Source: Octopus vulgaris (lineage: Eukaryota). From it: a stretch of 64,000 nt of DNA. The notes beneath the pieces were generated by a model. That model did no database searches and was not told the DNA's origin. It saw only the letters and a list, made by a program, of their open reading frames with translations. Numbering within the stretch: position 1 is the first letter of the stretch; the number at the start of each line of letters is the position of its first letter. The stretch lies in the NCBI GenBank assembly GCA_951406725.2, contig OX597834.1, positions 42,780,001-42,844,000 of the forward strand. The letters are read 5' to 3'. Positions 1 through 11,804 of this stretch are shown in pieces. The translations under genes and the position numbers were made by a program.

Positions 1-237
1 CTCACACACACACACGCACACACACACATACACTCGCACACACATGCATTCATATACAGGTGCGCGCAAGTGCAAACATACACATACACACACATGCGCA
101 CACACACAGACATTTGTACACACACATGAATGTACACATGTACACATGCATGCCCCCACATGCAAACATACATGAACGAGCCACATGAACAGAATTCCGC
201 TCGACATGAAGAACCATGTATATATATATTTATATGT

Positions 238-268
<31 letters not shown>

Positions 269-311
269 TATATATATGTGTATATATATATGTGTATATA
301 TATATATATAT

Positions 312-393
<82 letters not shown>

Positions 394-399
394 CTGCTG

Positions 400-868
400 T
401 AGGGACAAGGTCCGAAATTTTGGGGGAGGTGGGGCCAGTTGATTAAGTTTCTCCCCAGTATGCAACTGGTATTAAATTTATCGACCCCGAAAGGATGAAA
501 GGCAAAGTCGACCTCGGCAGAATTTGAACTCAGAACGTAAAGACAGACGAAATACCTATTTCTCTACTACTCACAAGGGACTAAACACAGAGAAGACAAA
601 CAAGGACAGACAAACGGATAAAGTCGATTATATCGACCTCAGTGCGTAATTGGTACTTAATTTACTGACCCCGAAAGAATGAAAGGCAAAGTCGACCTCG
701 GCGGAATTTGAACACAGAGCGTATCGGCAGACGAAATACCTATTTCTTTACCACCCATAAGGGGCTAAACGCAGAGAGGACAAACAAGGACAGACAAAGG
801 GATTAAGTCGATTATATCGACCCCAGTGCGTAATTGGTACTTAATTTATCGACCCCGAAAGGATGAAA
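400..868 (-). mobile_element. SINE family A, headless tandem multimer (about 2.5 units, 184-bp period)
   Basis: Repeated block tcgaccccgaaaggatgaaaggcaaagtcgacctcggc.gaatttgaac; AAGGACAG recurs at 602 and 786; reverse complement of the copy at 869. Confidence 0.85.
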
Positions 869-1090
869 GGCGAGCTGGCAGAATCGTTTGCACGCAGAGC
901 GAAATTCTTAGCGGTGTTTCGCCTGCCGTTACGTTCTGAGTTCAAATTCCGCCGAACTGAACTTTGCCTTTCATCCTTTCGGGGTCGATTAAATAAGTAC
1001 CAGTTACGCACTGGGGTCGACTTAACCCCTTTGTCTGTCCTTGTTTGTGCCCTCAAAGTTTAGTCCCACTGTGGGCAATAAAGAAATAGA
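869..1090 (+). mobile_element. SINE family A monomer (tRNA-like head)
   Basis: Head ggcgagctggcagaatcg with B-box-like gagttcaaattcc, body gcctttcatcctttcggggtcga, A-rich end; more than 15 related copies in the window. Confidence 0.85.
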
Positions 1091-2269
1091 TATCTTGTCA
1101 ACTCCCTTCCGTATAAAATTGGCTGCAAATGGCCTTCAACCTGGAACCTATCTCTCACCAGTGGCTTGAAGAAGCATCTGGGTCTGGCAGGGAATCATCC
1201 GCTTGTTAGGCTGGTGAAACCAGGCTGAAAGCAGCGGAACACATTTTAAAATTTAGATGTAGGTATTTAAGGCCCTTTCATCCAATATATGTAAAGTCTA
1301 AATTTCTAGGGGACTGTGCAGAAGAAATTCGATCGTCAAGTCTTAACCATTATACAATATCGAATATTATATCCGTGGGGCATGTTGTTCAGAGTTCACC
1401 GAAATCAATAGAACGCCTTACTCTTAATTCTTCTCTGCTATTCCTCCAATCAATTATGCCAGCCTTGCAATTGATCTAGGAATTAGGGGATGAGAGGAAA
1501 GATAATTGACAGATGTCGCCCTACACCCCTATAACCCAGGGTCAGCAAAACCGCAGCACACAAGGGAAGCTTTTGATCAGAGCAGTCAAGGTTTCACACC
1601 CGTCTGCGGCAGTGAAATTCCATTACTTTTGTAGTCGCATCACGTTTAAGGTGCAGTAGAAGCGGAAGATGCATCAAACCGGCGACTGGTTTGCATGACC
1701 GCATGACTGCATGATCTGCTGTTGATATTCTTTAACAATTGCATTCGGCGTTGTTCATCTTTGCAAACGATGGAAGAAAAAGCATGTAATGTTTTGAAAG
1801 CAGTTCCAATCAAAAGCAATCTATTTGAACATGTTATCATTTCAGTAAGTCTGCTCTCTTCAATTAGATATCGTTCGGTTATTTATTGTAGAAAAAGTAC
1901 GCCAGGTATAAATCGTTAAACATAACGATGTCCAGCGTTTATCTCTTCTCTAAGTGTTTATGTAACTGTGAGGGCCACACTGCTGTGGAACGGAGCTCTT
2001 TCAATGCAAATTTGAAAATAGCATTTTAATTACATCACTCACTGAGCAATTGCAAAATAATGTAAACTCGGCTCGCTGCTTTTCCTGTTAATTGGTTGGT
2101 GTCTTTGTCTAAAAGCATTTCTGCTGTTTCGCATGTCGCAGCCGGGAGAAGTAAGTGTATGAGATTGAAATATTTTCACCACAAGCACACACACACACAC
2201 ACAGACACGCACACACACACACAGACACGCACATACGCTCGTGCACTGACATAAGTATATGTGTGTATT

Positions 2270-2304
2270 TAATACATTGAAACACATGCGTCTGTGTGTG
2301 TTCG

Positions 2305-2335
<31 letters not shown>

Positions 2336-2510
2336 CTGCCTGCATATGTGTGCGCGACAGAAAGAGAGAGAGAGAGTGTGTGTGTGTGTTTATGTGTGTA
2401 TGTAATACATTGAAACACACACGTCTGTTCGTCCGTGTGTGTGTGTGTGTGTGTCTGCATATGTGTGCGCGACAGAAAGAGAGAGAGAGTGTGTGTGTGT
2501 TTACGTGTGT
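2270..2510. repeat. Local tandem duplication (about 130-bp unit x2) with embedded (TG)n/(AG)n
   Basis: taatacattgaaacaca...gttcgtccgtgtg...tgcatatgtgtgcgcgacagaaagagaga occurs at about 2270 and 2403. Confidence 0.85.
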
Positions 2511-2643
2511 GTGTATTATATGGCTACAGCTGAATTTTGTTCCATTACTTCAAGTCTGATGCAGAAGTGGCATTAAACAAAAGCCATGTCAACGATTTAA
2601 GCTTGGAACAAAATGATAATACTAAAAGAAATAAATAGCTAAA

Positions 2644-2687
<44 letters not shown>

Positions 2688-2688
<1 letters not shown>

Positions 2689-3238
2689 GCAGTGCCAGAC
2701 AGTGGCTCTCATGGCTTCTGATCTTAACTGATTGGAAGTGTTATCATGTACATTGTTGTTTGTTTTTGGTATAAAAGATGGGCTACAGCAAATATTCTGC
2801 TCAATACCACAGATTTGCTTGTCAGTTGTTTGACCTTAACCAGTTGAGCATGTCCCTCAGTGGCTGACGATATGTACATCTCTGATCACGAGCAGAAGTA
2901 GTGGGGGAGCATCATAGCCATGTGTTGAGAGGGATTCTTGCAGGTTTGGATAATTCACTTTTGGAAACATGGGTGGTTCGTTCAACATCATTAAACAATC
3001 CCTATTCAGGGACCCTTTGAGCGGGATGGGTTACTCGACCTGAAGAAAATTCTAACTGGGCCCTACCTGCAAGGTCATGCGCTGTTTATCTTGATATGAG
3101 ATCACCATGTCGCGCACATATGGTTGTGTTGCATGTGCCTGGTGTACCCTTATGAGACGGGTAGTCATGATGGGTATACTGGGCTTCGTATATTTTACCC
3201 CAGGGTCACTTTGATGGGCATGCACTGCTCTCTCACTC
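2688..3238. mobile_element. About 550-bp insert within an (AAT)n tract; probable 3' UTR remnant of a TAA-targeting non-LTR element
   Basis: Complex, higher-GC sequence with sharp (AAT)n boundaries on both sides; no credible ORF. Element class is inference. Confidence 0.5.
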
Positions 3239-3273
<35 letters not shown>

Positions 3274-3289
3274 TAATAACAATAATAAA

Positions 3290-3603
3290 ACCGGGCATTG
3301 TGTGTATTCATTGAGCCTAAAACGTCTAAAATCCCACGAGTCTCCCGCAGAGGGCGGTGGCAAACCTTGCTGTGCTCTTTCACCACAACTTTCTCTCACT
3401 CTTTCCTTCTGTTTCCGTTCTACCTGTATTTCAAAAGGCCAGCGTTTTCAAACTGTGTCACACTGAATCACACCGAGAACTGCGTTAAGGGTACACGTGT
3501 CTGTGGAGTGCTCAGCCACTTGCACGTTAATTTCACAAGCAGGCTGTTCCGTTGATCAGATCAACTGGAACCTTCGTCGTCGTAACCGACGGAGTGCCAC
3601 GAC
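3290..3603 (+). mobile_element. SINE family C, 5'-truncated
   Basis: Aligns by eye with 15254-15636 (ctctttcaccacaactttctctcactc ... gtctgtggagtgctcagccactt ... cgacggagtgc). Confidence 0.85.
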
Positions 3604-3689
3604 AATATTTTTATATATATCGGCTAAAATATCAAGTGGTGCATTCCTTTTGAATTTGCTCGCTTTAGTTGTACTCATTATATTTGTAT

Positions 3690-4105
3690 ACTCTTTTTTA
3701 CTTACTTGTTTCAGTCATCTGACTACGGCCATGCTGGAGCACCGCCTTTAGTCGAGCAAATCGACCCCAGGACTTATTCTTTGTAAGCCTAGTACTTATT
3801 CTATCGGTCTCTTTTTGACGGACCGCTACGTTACTGAGACGCAAGCACACCAGCATCGGTTGTCAAGCGATGGTGGGGGGGGGGGCGAGACAAACACAGA
3901 CACAGAGAACATCCCCCCCACATATATATATACACATATATATGACGGGCTTCTTTCAGTTTCCGTCTACCAAATCCCCCCACAAAGCTTTGGTGGGCCC
4001 GAGGCTATAGTAGACAACACTTGCCCATGTTGCCACACAGTGGGACTGAACACGGAACCCTGTGGTTCGTAAGCAAGCTACTTACCACACAGCCACTCCT
4101 GCGCC
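3690..4105 (-). mobile_element. SINE family B, full length, with internal microsatellite
   Basis: Minus strand: head ggcgcaggagtggctgtgtggtaag, ...ggtagacggaaactgaaagaagcccgtc, (TA/TG)n core, tail ggcggtgctccagcatggccg.agtc..atgactgaaacaagtaa. Confidence 0.9.
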
Positions 4106-4602
4106 TATATAATCTGTAAAAAGAAAATAACACACACACACAAAAACCTGTTTATCATAACTAATATTGAAAAGGTATAGTCTCGCAGTTTCACATAAGG
4201 CAAGGAACTGGCAGATTGGTTCGCACACCGGCAAAATGCTTAGCAACATTTCGTCCGTCTTCTCGTTATGGGTTCAAATTCCGCCTAAGTCGACTTGCTA
4301 ATATATTAGGAATCTAATCTGAAAATTATCTCTGTAGATTTTCTATAGAAATTAGAGCCGGCATTGAAAGTTATGACGTTTCGTATACGCACACGTCAAC
4401 GTAAGCAATGCGATCGAAGGCAGAAAAATGGATAATTGGTATATAAGCATATTTGCTCCTTCTTCGCTGCCACATCGAACCTATTAACTATCCACGGATA
4501 TATTGATCAAATACTCATAAAGTTTAGCAGTGTAACACTATTGGGTAGACGAATTTACATATTAAACACATTCCTGGCAACTGGTGCATACATATTAATG
4601 GG

Positions 4603-4688
4603 GATACAGTATTTAGTTTTGCAACCGTAATGTACGACGCTGAATATACTTGGTAGCACATTACGGTTGCACAACGAAATACGGTGTC
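4603..4688. other. 31-bp imperfect hairpin with 24-nt loop (pre-miRNA-like)
   Basis: 4603-4633 pairs with 4658-4688 with 3 mismatches and 1 G-U, including a perfect 14-bp core tgcaaccgtaatgt/acattacggttgca. Confidence 0.5.
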
Positions 4689-5696
4689 GCTGCCAGCAAT
4701 TAATGTCTAATCTTGAAAAAAATTTTTTAATTGCATTTGTATCCCTGGTGTATTCTTATGTAAGTTAATCGTAAAATAAATATTTTTACCTTTCTTAGTA
4801 ACTGCCCTTGACCCAACCTTTTGAAATTCAACCACAATTAACGCAAATTAATTTTTTCTCCGTGTTATTACAAGTAGATTCAATATAATTATTAAAACTG
4901 TAATAAATCTATATTATGTATATTAGCCCGTGCACTTAATTGAAATTTTAATTAAAACGCTGTGTTTGGAATCAGAGAGAAGAGTATTACAGCAAAGAGT
5001 GTAAGATATTGAATCCGACATTCTAAAGACTGGGCCCGTCCATTGTTGCTTTAGACTAATTAGCAGAGTCAGCAGAATTAGCTAAAACCACAAAATGGTT
5101 GATACCATTAAATATATTGAAACATAAATATTATCCTTTATAGTTTATATGCTAGCCTTAAGACAAAAGTACGAAAATATGCAATTCTACCTTATTTCTT
5201 CTGACGTTGTTGCTAATTATTTGCTGTTGCTAATTACTTGCTATTTAGTACATGCGAAGCGAGCATATATGAACCTCTTCTAGTTTGGCCCTCGTGTGTG
5301 TGAATGCGTGTGTTCGTGCCTGTGTGTATCTGTGTAAAGGTTCTCTCTGTGAGTATATAGCGCCGCTTAAAACCAGGTCTCTTACCCTACAATCTAACTG
5401 CACAACTTTGCCCTGACGAAAAGTAACATCCAGTAATTTCAATTATACTCTGTTATATGATTTGTGCTAAATTGCACTTTGCTTTCAATCAATATCAGAT
5501 TACCGAGTGGAAATCTAATCGTCTGTGATTAAACAGACTATGTGAAGGCCGCACTCAGACGTTTCTCACGGCGACAGAGTATATGTGTGAGTGCGTGTGT
5601 GTGTTTGTGTGTGAGTGCGTGTGTGTATATATGCATGTGTGTGTGCGTGTACATGTGCGTCTTTATTTGTGTACATGTGTATATATACATAGCCCC

Positions 5697-5727
<31 letters not shown>

Positions 5728-5759
5728 CACGCGCGTGCACACACACGCACATATATATA

Positions 5760-5985
5760 CACTTTACTCTCTTTTACTCTTTTACGTGTTTCACTCATTT
5801 GACTGCGGCCATACTGGAGCACCGCCTTTAGTCGAGAAAATCGACCCCAGGACTTATTTTTTGGAAGCCTAGCATTTATTCTATTGGTGCCTTTTGCCAA
5901 ACCGCTAAGTTACGGGGACGTAAACACACCAGCATCGGTTGTCAAGCGATGTTCGGGGGACAAACACAGACACACAAACACACAC
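5760..5985 (-). mobile_element. SINE family B, 3' half
   Basis: Same tail and body as 3690-4105; ends at the (CA)n core. Confidence 0.85.
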
Positions 5986-6039
5986 ACACACATACACACT
6001 GATACACACATATATATATATATATAATTGACTCTCAGA

Positions 6040-6213
6040 TTTAAGGCGTCGTTACCTGAACAGGTACACGGTGTACCACGCGTCGGCTGCGGAAGTGATC
6101 GCATAGCAACGTGAGATGAAGTGCTCTGCTCAAGAACAGAATGCCACGCCCGGTCTGGGAATTGAAATCACGATCGCTGGATTGTGAGTGCAACACTAAG
6201 CCATACGCCCTCA
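6040..6213 (-). mobile_element. tRNA-derived SINE fragment (head related to families C/D)
   Basis: Minus strand has ttcaattcccagaccgggcg...gttcttgagcagagcacttcatctcacgttgct, similar to 8218 and 15254. Confidence 0.65.
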
Positions 6214-6488
6214 CAATAATATATGCGAGCGTGTATTGGGGGGCGCAGTTTGATTTTGTGGTTGGGTGTCTTTCTGTTTATTTTCCACGAGCCCTTGACT
6301 GCCAGGTTTGCTCTATTAAGTTCCCTGAACCTAGCGGTTCGCTAAATGGCGCTGATACAATAAGTATCAGGCACACAAAATTGCATAAAGGGGTGATTCA
6401 TTTGTCTAAAACCCTTCAAGGAAGAGTATGCGAACATCCCACAGGAGACAGGCAGGAAGCTTTTGGACATGTACAAGAATCGTGTAGA

Positions 6489-6588
6489 ACGGTCACATCA
6501 CGTTGAAAGCACCGGTTCTCTTCCGATCACGTCGAGCCTAGTTAGTACTTAGATGGGTGACCGCTGGGGAAACCTACGTGCTGTAAGC
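6489..6588 (+). pseudogene. 5S rRNA pseudogene with an internal deletion of about 14 nt removing most of box A
   Basis: acggtcacatcacgttgaaagcaccggttctcttccgatcac^gtcgagcctagttagtacttagatgggtgaccgctgggga...gtgctgtaagc matches the metazoan 5S consensus except for the missing cgaagttaagcaac and first few bases; TTTT at 6598-6601. Confidence 0.92.
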
Positions 6589-6601
6589 GTCACATACTTT
6601 T

Positions 6602-6765
6602 GGCGCAGGTGTGGCTGTGTGGTAAGTAGCTTGCTTACCAACTACATGGTTCCGTGTTCTGTCCCACTGCGTGGCATCTCGGGCAGGTTTCTTCTACTAT
6701 AGTCTCGGGCCGACCAAAGCCTTCTGAGTGGATTTGGTAGACGGAAACTGAAAGAAGCCCTTCGT
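6602..6765 (+). mobile_element. SINE family B, 5' half
   Basis: ggcgcaggtgtggctgtgtggtaagtagcttgcttacc ... gacggaaactgaaagaagccc. Confidence 0.9.
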
Positions 6766-6825
6766 ATATACACATACACACACACACACACACACAACAC
6801 ATATATATATACATACATACATATA

Positions 6826-6990
6826 TACGACGGGCTTCTTTCAGTTTCCGTCTACCAAATCCACTCACAAGGCTTTGGTCGGTCCGAGGCTACAGCAGAA
6901 GACACTTGCCCAAAGTACCACGCAGTGGGACTGAACCCGGAACCATGTGGTTCGTAAGCAAGCTACTTACCACACAGCCACTCCTACGCC
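6826..6990 (-). mobile_element. SINE family B, 5' half, inverted relative to 6602-6765
   Basis: Reverse complement of the preceding copy, separated only by a CA/TA tract. Confidence 0.9.
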
Positions 6991-7678
6991 TATACTTATT
7001 TTAATAGAACTTATTCTGTTTTACTAATACATTTCTTATATCATAAAGTATCTTTAACCTTCTCGTTAATCATCAGCTAGTATCTGTTTCTTTCACACGA
7101 AGTTCAACACAGTCTTCTTCCTTCTTTCCTTCCTTCCTTCCTTCTTACCTTCCATTTTTTGTCGCAATTTCTTTTAAAGAAATGATCGCCGCAGTAATTT
7201 CACCGCGAAATTTAAACTCCCATTATAACACGTTCATTATTAATATATCGTCCATGACAAGGCTTATCTCACTCAATCAGCCGCAACAACTCTCACACCC
7301 TCCCTTTTCTTTGTACCCCACATACATCCAATCGTATTAACAGCAACATCATCAGCACGATTAACAGTAACAGCATCCTCGGTGGTTGTTGTTAGCGGAG
7401 GCGTGGTGACGACGGTTGTAGATTCAATATGGCAGTGGTGAATTTTTTTTGGGGTGGTGGTCATAGTAGCTGTGGCAGTTGGTAGTACTGTTAGTTGCTA
7501 TAGAAATGACAGAAAGCTATAGTAGGGAAGTTATTGGTATTATTAATGATAAGCTTGAACGAACGAAAAATAAAAAAAGAAAATGGCGGCGCGTATTTTT
7601 TGTTATTTTCCTAAAAGAGACTTACAAACAAATTCTTGTCATATACGCACGTTTTCCTCATTATACATACATACCTAA

Positions 7679-8078
7679 GGTGGCGAGCTGGCAGAATCGT
7701 TAGCACGCTGGATGAAATGCTTAGCGGTATTTCGCCCGTCATCACGTTCTGAGTTCAAATTCCGCCGCGGTCAATTTTGCCTATCATCCTTTCGGGGTCG
7801 ATTAAATAAGTACTAATTACACACTGAGGTCGATATAATCGACTTAATCCGTTTGTCTGTCCTTGTTTCTCCTCTCTGTGTTTAGCCCCTTGTGGGTTGA
7901 AAAGAAATAGGTATTTCGTCTGCCGCTACGTTCTGAGTTCAAATTCCGTCGATGTCGACATTGACTTTTATCGTTTCGGGGTCGATAAATTAAGTACCGT
8001 TGAAACACTGGGGTCGACTTAATCGACCAGATCCCTGCCCCGAATTTCAAGGCCTTGTGCCTTCTGTTAAAAAGATTA
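7679..8078 (+). mobile_element. SINE family A dimer (head + two bodies)
   Basis: Head at 7679; second body starts at junction aagaaata|ggtatttcgtctgccgctacg (about 7910); last unit has the alternative tail aatttcaaggccttgtgcc. Confidence 0.88.
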
Positions 8079-8167
8079 TACATACACACCTCCATACATC
8101 CATCCATACATATATGTGCGTGTGTGCGTGCGTATGCGAATGTTTCTATCTATCTATCTACACACAA

Positions 8168-8217
<50 letters not shown>

Positions 8218-8222
<5 letters not shown>

Positions 8223-8545
8223 TCAGTGGTTAGGGCGTCGAGCTTACTATCATGAGGTTGTGAGCTCAAATCCCAGACCGGGCTGCGTGTTGTGTTCTTG
8301 AGCAAGACACTTTATTTCACATTGCTCCAGTTCACTCAGCTGTAGAAATGAGTTACGACGTCAAAGGTGCCAAGCTGTATCGGCCCTTGCCTTTCCCTTG
8401 GATAACACTGGTGGCGTGGAGAGGGGAGGACGGTATGCATGGGTGACTGCTGGCATTCCATAAACAACCTTGTCCGGGCTTGTGACTAGGAGGGTAACTT
8501 TCTAGGTGCAATCCCATGGTCAGTCATGGCCGAAGGGGTCTCCTC
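8218..8545 (+). mobile_element. SINE family D (tRNA head plus CORE/V-like central domain)
   Basis: A-box tggctcagtggttagg, B-box-like gagctcaaatccc, then gtgttgtgttcttgagcaagacacttt...cactcagctgtagaaatgagt, resembling CORE/V-SINE domains from memory. Confidence 0.75.
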
Positions 8546-8879
8546 ATATATATACGTATGTATGTATGTGTGTGTAATGTTAAAACAATTTAGAACAAGG
8601 AAGTACTGTTACGTTTCTCAAGTAAAGATTTATTATCAAAAATGGTCGATCCATTACCTAACAGTCACCAAAGCATCCCTGGAATCCTATAACATACACG
8701 TGTGTGTGTGTATGTGTGTGTGCATGTGTGTGTGCCTGTGTGCATATATGTATGTGTCCATGTGTGAAGATTCTGTGCTTGAAACTCAGAGTAGCAATCG
8801 TGTGACTCGATCAAGATGAAAATATTAATCTCTACTATGATATCAACTACTCTTTCTTCCGCCGACAGTCGATACTAAA

Positions 8880-8943
<64 letters not shown>

Positions 8944-9032
8944 CACACATATATTGAAATTGTATGGATAATACCGTACTAAATTCTGGTGCCTCAACTT
9001 AAGTAACATATTCATCTGAATCTATACATATA

Positions 9033-9071
<39 letters not shown>

Positions 9072-9104
9072 ATATATATATAGACATGTATATATATATA
9101 TGTG

Positions 9105-9154
<50 letters not shown>

Positions 9155-9262
9155 AATAAATATAAATAAATATATATATATATGTATATATAAATATATA
9201 TATATATATATTTAGATTGATAGATGGATAAATATAGATATATATATACATATACAAATATA

Positions 9263-9296
<34 letters not shown>

Positions 9297-9753
9297 GTGC
9301 TCTGAACCTAGTGATGTTATAATGTCTGTACAAGAAGCGCTTTTGGAAACCGTTGAAAACCAATACAGATTTCCAAGTTCCATTAACGGAATTAGATGCT
9401 AATTCCTGCAGTCATAAACTATTCATACATTCCATTATGTTTACGTATAGTATAGTTAAATATTAATAAGTCAAGAACTATAGAGAAGACATCTACACCA
9501 GCTTTGCGCTTGTCGTCGAATGCACCTGAAACAATTGCCAACTTTTCTGTGGCTCAGGTTGGACAGAGAAGTGTATTTGACCTCTTATACATACATACAC
9601 GCACACATACATACATACATACATACATACATACATACATACATACATACATACATACATACAAACATACATACATGCAAACAAACATATATATATATAC
9701 ACACATATCTTCTTACCTACATATATCTATTTATCTATCTATCTATCTATCTA

Positions 9754-9791
<38 letters not shown>

Positions 9792-9805
9792 GCCATAATT
9801 GAATG

Positions 9806-9855
<50 letters not shown>

Positions 9856-10526
9856 AATATATATATATGTATATATATTTATATATAATGTACAGATACA
9901 CACGCACAGACATATATATGTATATATATGTACACATACATACATGTGTACATACAGACATACATACAATCATACATACACACACACATAAATATGATCA
10001 TATGCATATGTGCATGTATATATATATGTGTAGTGGGGGTTGTGTTTTGGGGGTGCGCCCCCACACCACACAAACACATATATGAGCTTGTCTTGAATAC
10101 ATAAGCAAATTTACGCAAATTGTGTGTGGGTTGATTCCAAGAGATGCAATGAGGAAAAACGGCCAACTCAATACATTTCGCGTTTTTCTGAAGTCCACGA
10201 TTTACCTCCGTTGCTATTTGGATTCATTACGTGTGTGCCATTATGCAGATTCTCTGAAACGTTGAATATTGTTTCGTAGACAATGCATATTAACCATTCA
10301 CCCTTGATCTCCAGTAGAAAGCAATGAAGATAACAACCGCACCACTAATAAGGAACGAGAGTCAGGAACCATTAATGATCCTGTTCACTATTTTGGATGC
10401 ACCATTAACTTTCAGCGAGCCCTGACGTCCCCAAATGTAAGACACATAAAAGCATTATGGAATATATCCTCGAATTAAGAACAATATATAAACTCTAGAA
10501 GTATTAATATCATTTACTGGTGCGCA

Positions 10527-10820
10527 TTTCTAAATCTGAGCGAATACCTGATGCTGTTTCATTAATTTCTGTTGTCGCACTGTTAAAGAACACCAGAAGT
10601 GGAGCGAATCAAACCCTATTCTTTTTCCGTGAGGATTATGCGATATCTCCAATGAAAGGGTATTAATACTAAATGCATTAATACCCTTTACTGATATTCA
10701 TTCCTAGATGTGAACGAATCCCTGCTGTTATTTTATTAATTTCTGTTGTTGCTCTGTTAAAGCACATTCGAAGTGGAGCGAGACGTGCCCACTTCTTTTC
10801 CTTGAGGATTATTAGACATA
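10527..10820. repeat. Diverged tandem duplication (about 174-bp period x2) in otherwise unique sequence
   Basis: attaatttctgttgt.gc.ctgttaaag.aca...gaagtggagcga and cttttcc.tgaggattat-like blocks occur twice. Confidence 0.8.
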
Positions 10821-11202
10821 TTCTATGAAACTGTACACAAGGCGCACTGTCAGCAAAGCAAGATTTTTTAGAAATATTCTTCTTTACTAACCATTTGTCT
10901 GACAAGTTTGAAAATAAATCACAGAAAAGACCAAAGAGATGGGAAATTGAGAATGTGAACAAGACCTCGTTAACATAATATACAGTCATCGGACTAATTA
11001 TTTACAAAAGCTAATCAATAACCAGCTGCTACACATTAAGCAATCATCTAACATTCATATATTCACAAATTAATTAAAAATGTTATGGTTCCAGATTCAG
11101 TCCTACTTCGTGGCAAATTAGGCTAGAGTCTTCACCTATGACCTCTAGGCTGTTAAAGCCTTTTGGATGAATTTAGTAAGCGGAAACTGAAAGAAGCCCG
11201 TT

Positions 11203-11238
<36 letters not shown>

Positions 11239-11261
11239 TATATATATATATATATATATAT

Positions 11262-11458
11262 AAATGGAAAGTTTACGAAACAAAACAAAAGACGAAGGCA
11301 GGTGGAGTACAAACAAACAAATGTATTAGTATAGCGCTCAGAATAGAAAAAGTCTTTTACGTTTCGAGCCTACGCTCTTCGACAGAAAGATACACAGAAA
11401 AGAAACAAGGAGAGAAAAAAATGCGTGTAGTAGCTAACGATCTGTCATGGCGTTTTGA

Positions 11459-11460
<2 letters not shown>
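11262..11460 (-). mobile_element. Probable PLE terminal remnant with variant HHR, flanked by (TA)n on both sides
   Basis: Minus 11390-11353 reads UCUUU-CUGUCGA-A-GAGC(guag)GCUC-GAAA-CG-UA-AAAGA; homologous copy on the plus strand at about 45560-45755. Confidence 0.55.
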
Positions 11461-11506
<46 letters not shown>

Positions 11507-11509
<3 letters not shown>

Positions 11510-11670
11510 TGGTCGACCAGAAACAAAGGTGGATAATGACGAACTGGAAGCCAATGTCGAGTCAGATTCATCTGAAAGTGGCCGTGAATCATCGTTGTTG
11601 TTTGGTGTTAGGAAGCAAACACTATTGACTCACCTAATTCAAGTCGGCAAATGGAAAAATTTGTTCTCAC
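11507..11670 (+). pseudogene. mariner transposase fragment (second HTH region)
   Basis: SGRPETKVDNDELEANVESDSSESGRESSLLFGVRKQTLLTHLIQVGK resembles mariner GRP.TKVDNDELKA.VE.D.SQ..RELA..F.VS..TIL.HL.QIGK. Confidence 0.75.
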
Positions 11671-11804
11671 AGGACAGTGAGAACAAAACAGTAAAAACAA
11701 ATGGTGAGGGCTGTAAGCCAAGACGATGTGAAGTGGTGAACGCAGGAAAAACGAGCTTTGAGAAGAGACAGATAAAATCGTGTCTTATCTTTAGGAAAGA
11801 AGTG

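Noticed and set aside
7045-7082. Minus-strand CUGAUGA followed by a 5-bp hairpin
   Set aside because: No GAAA box, and no stem I or stem III.
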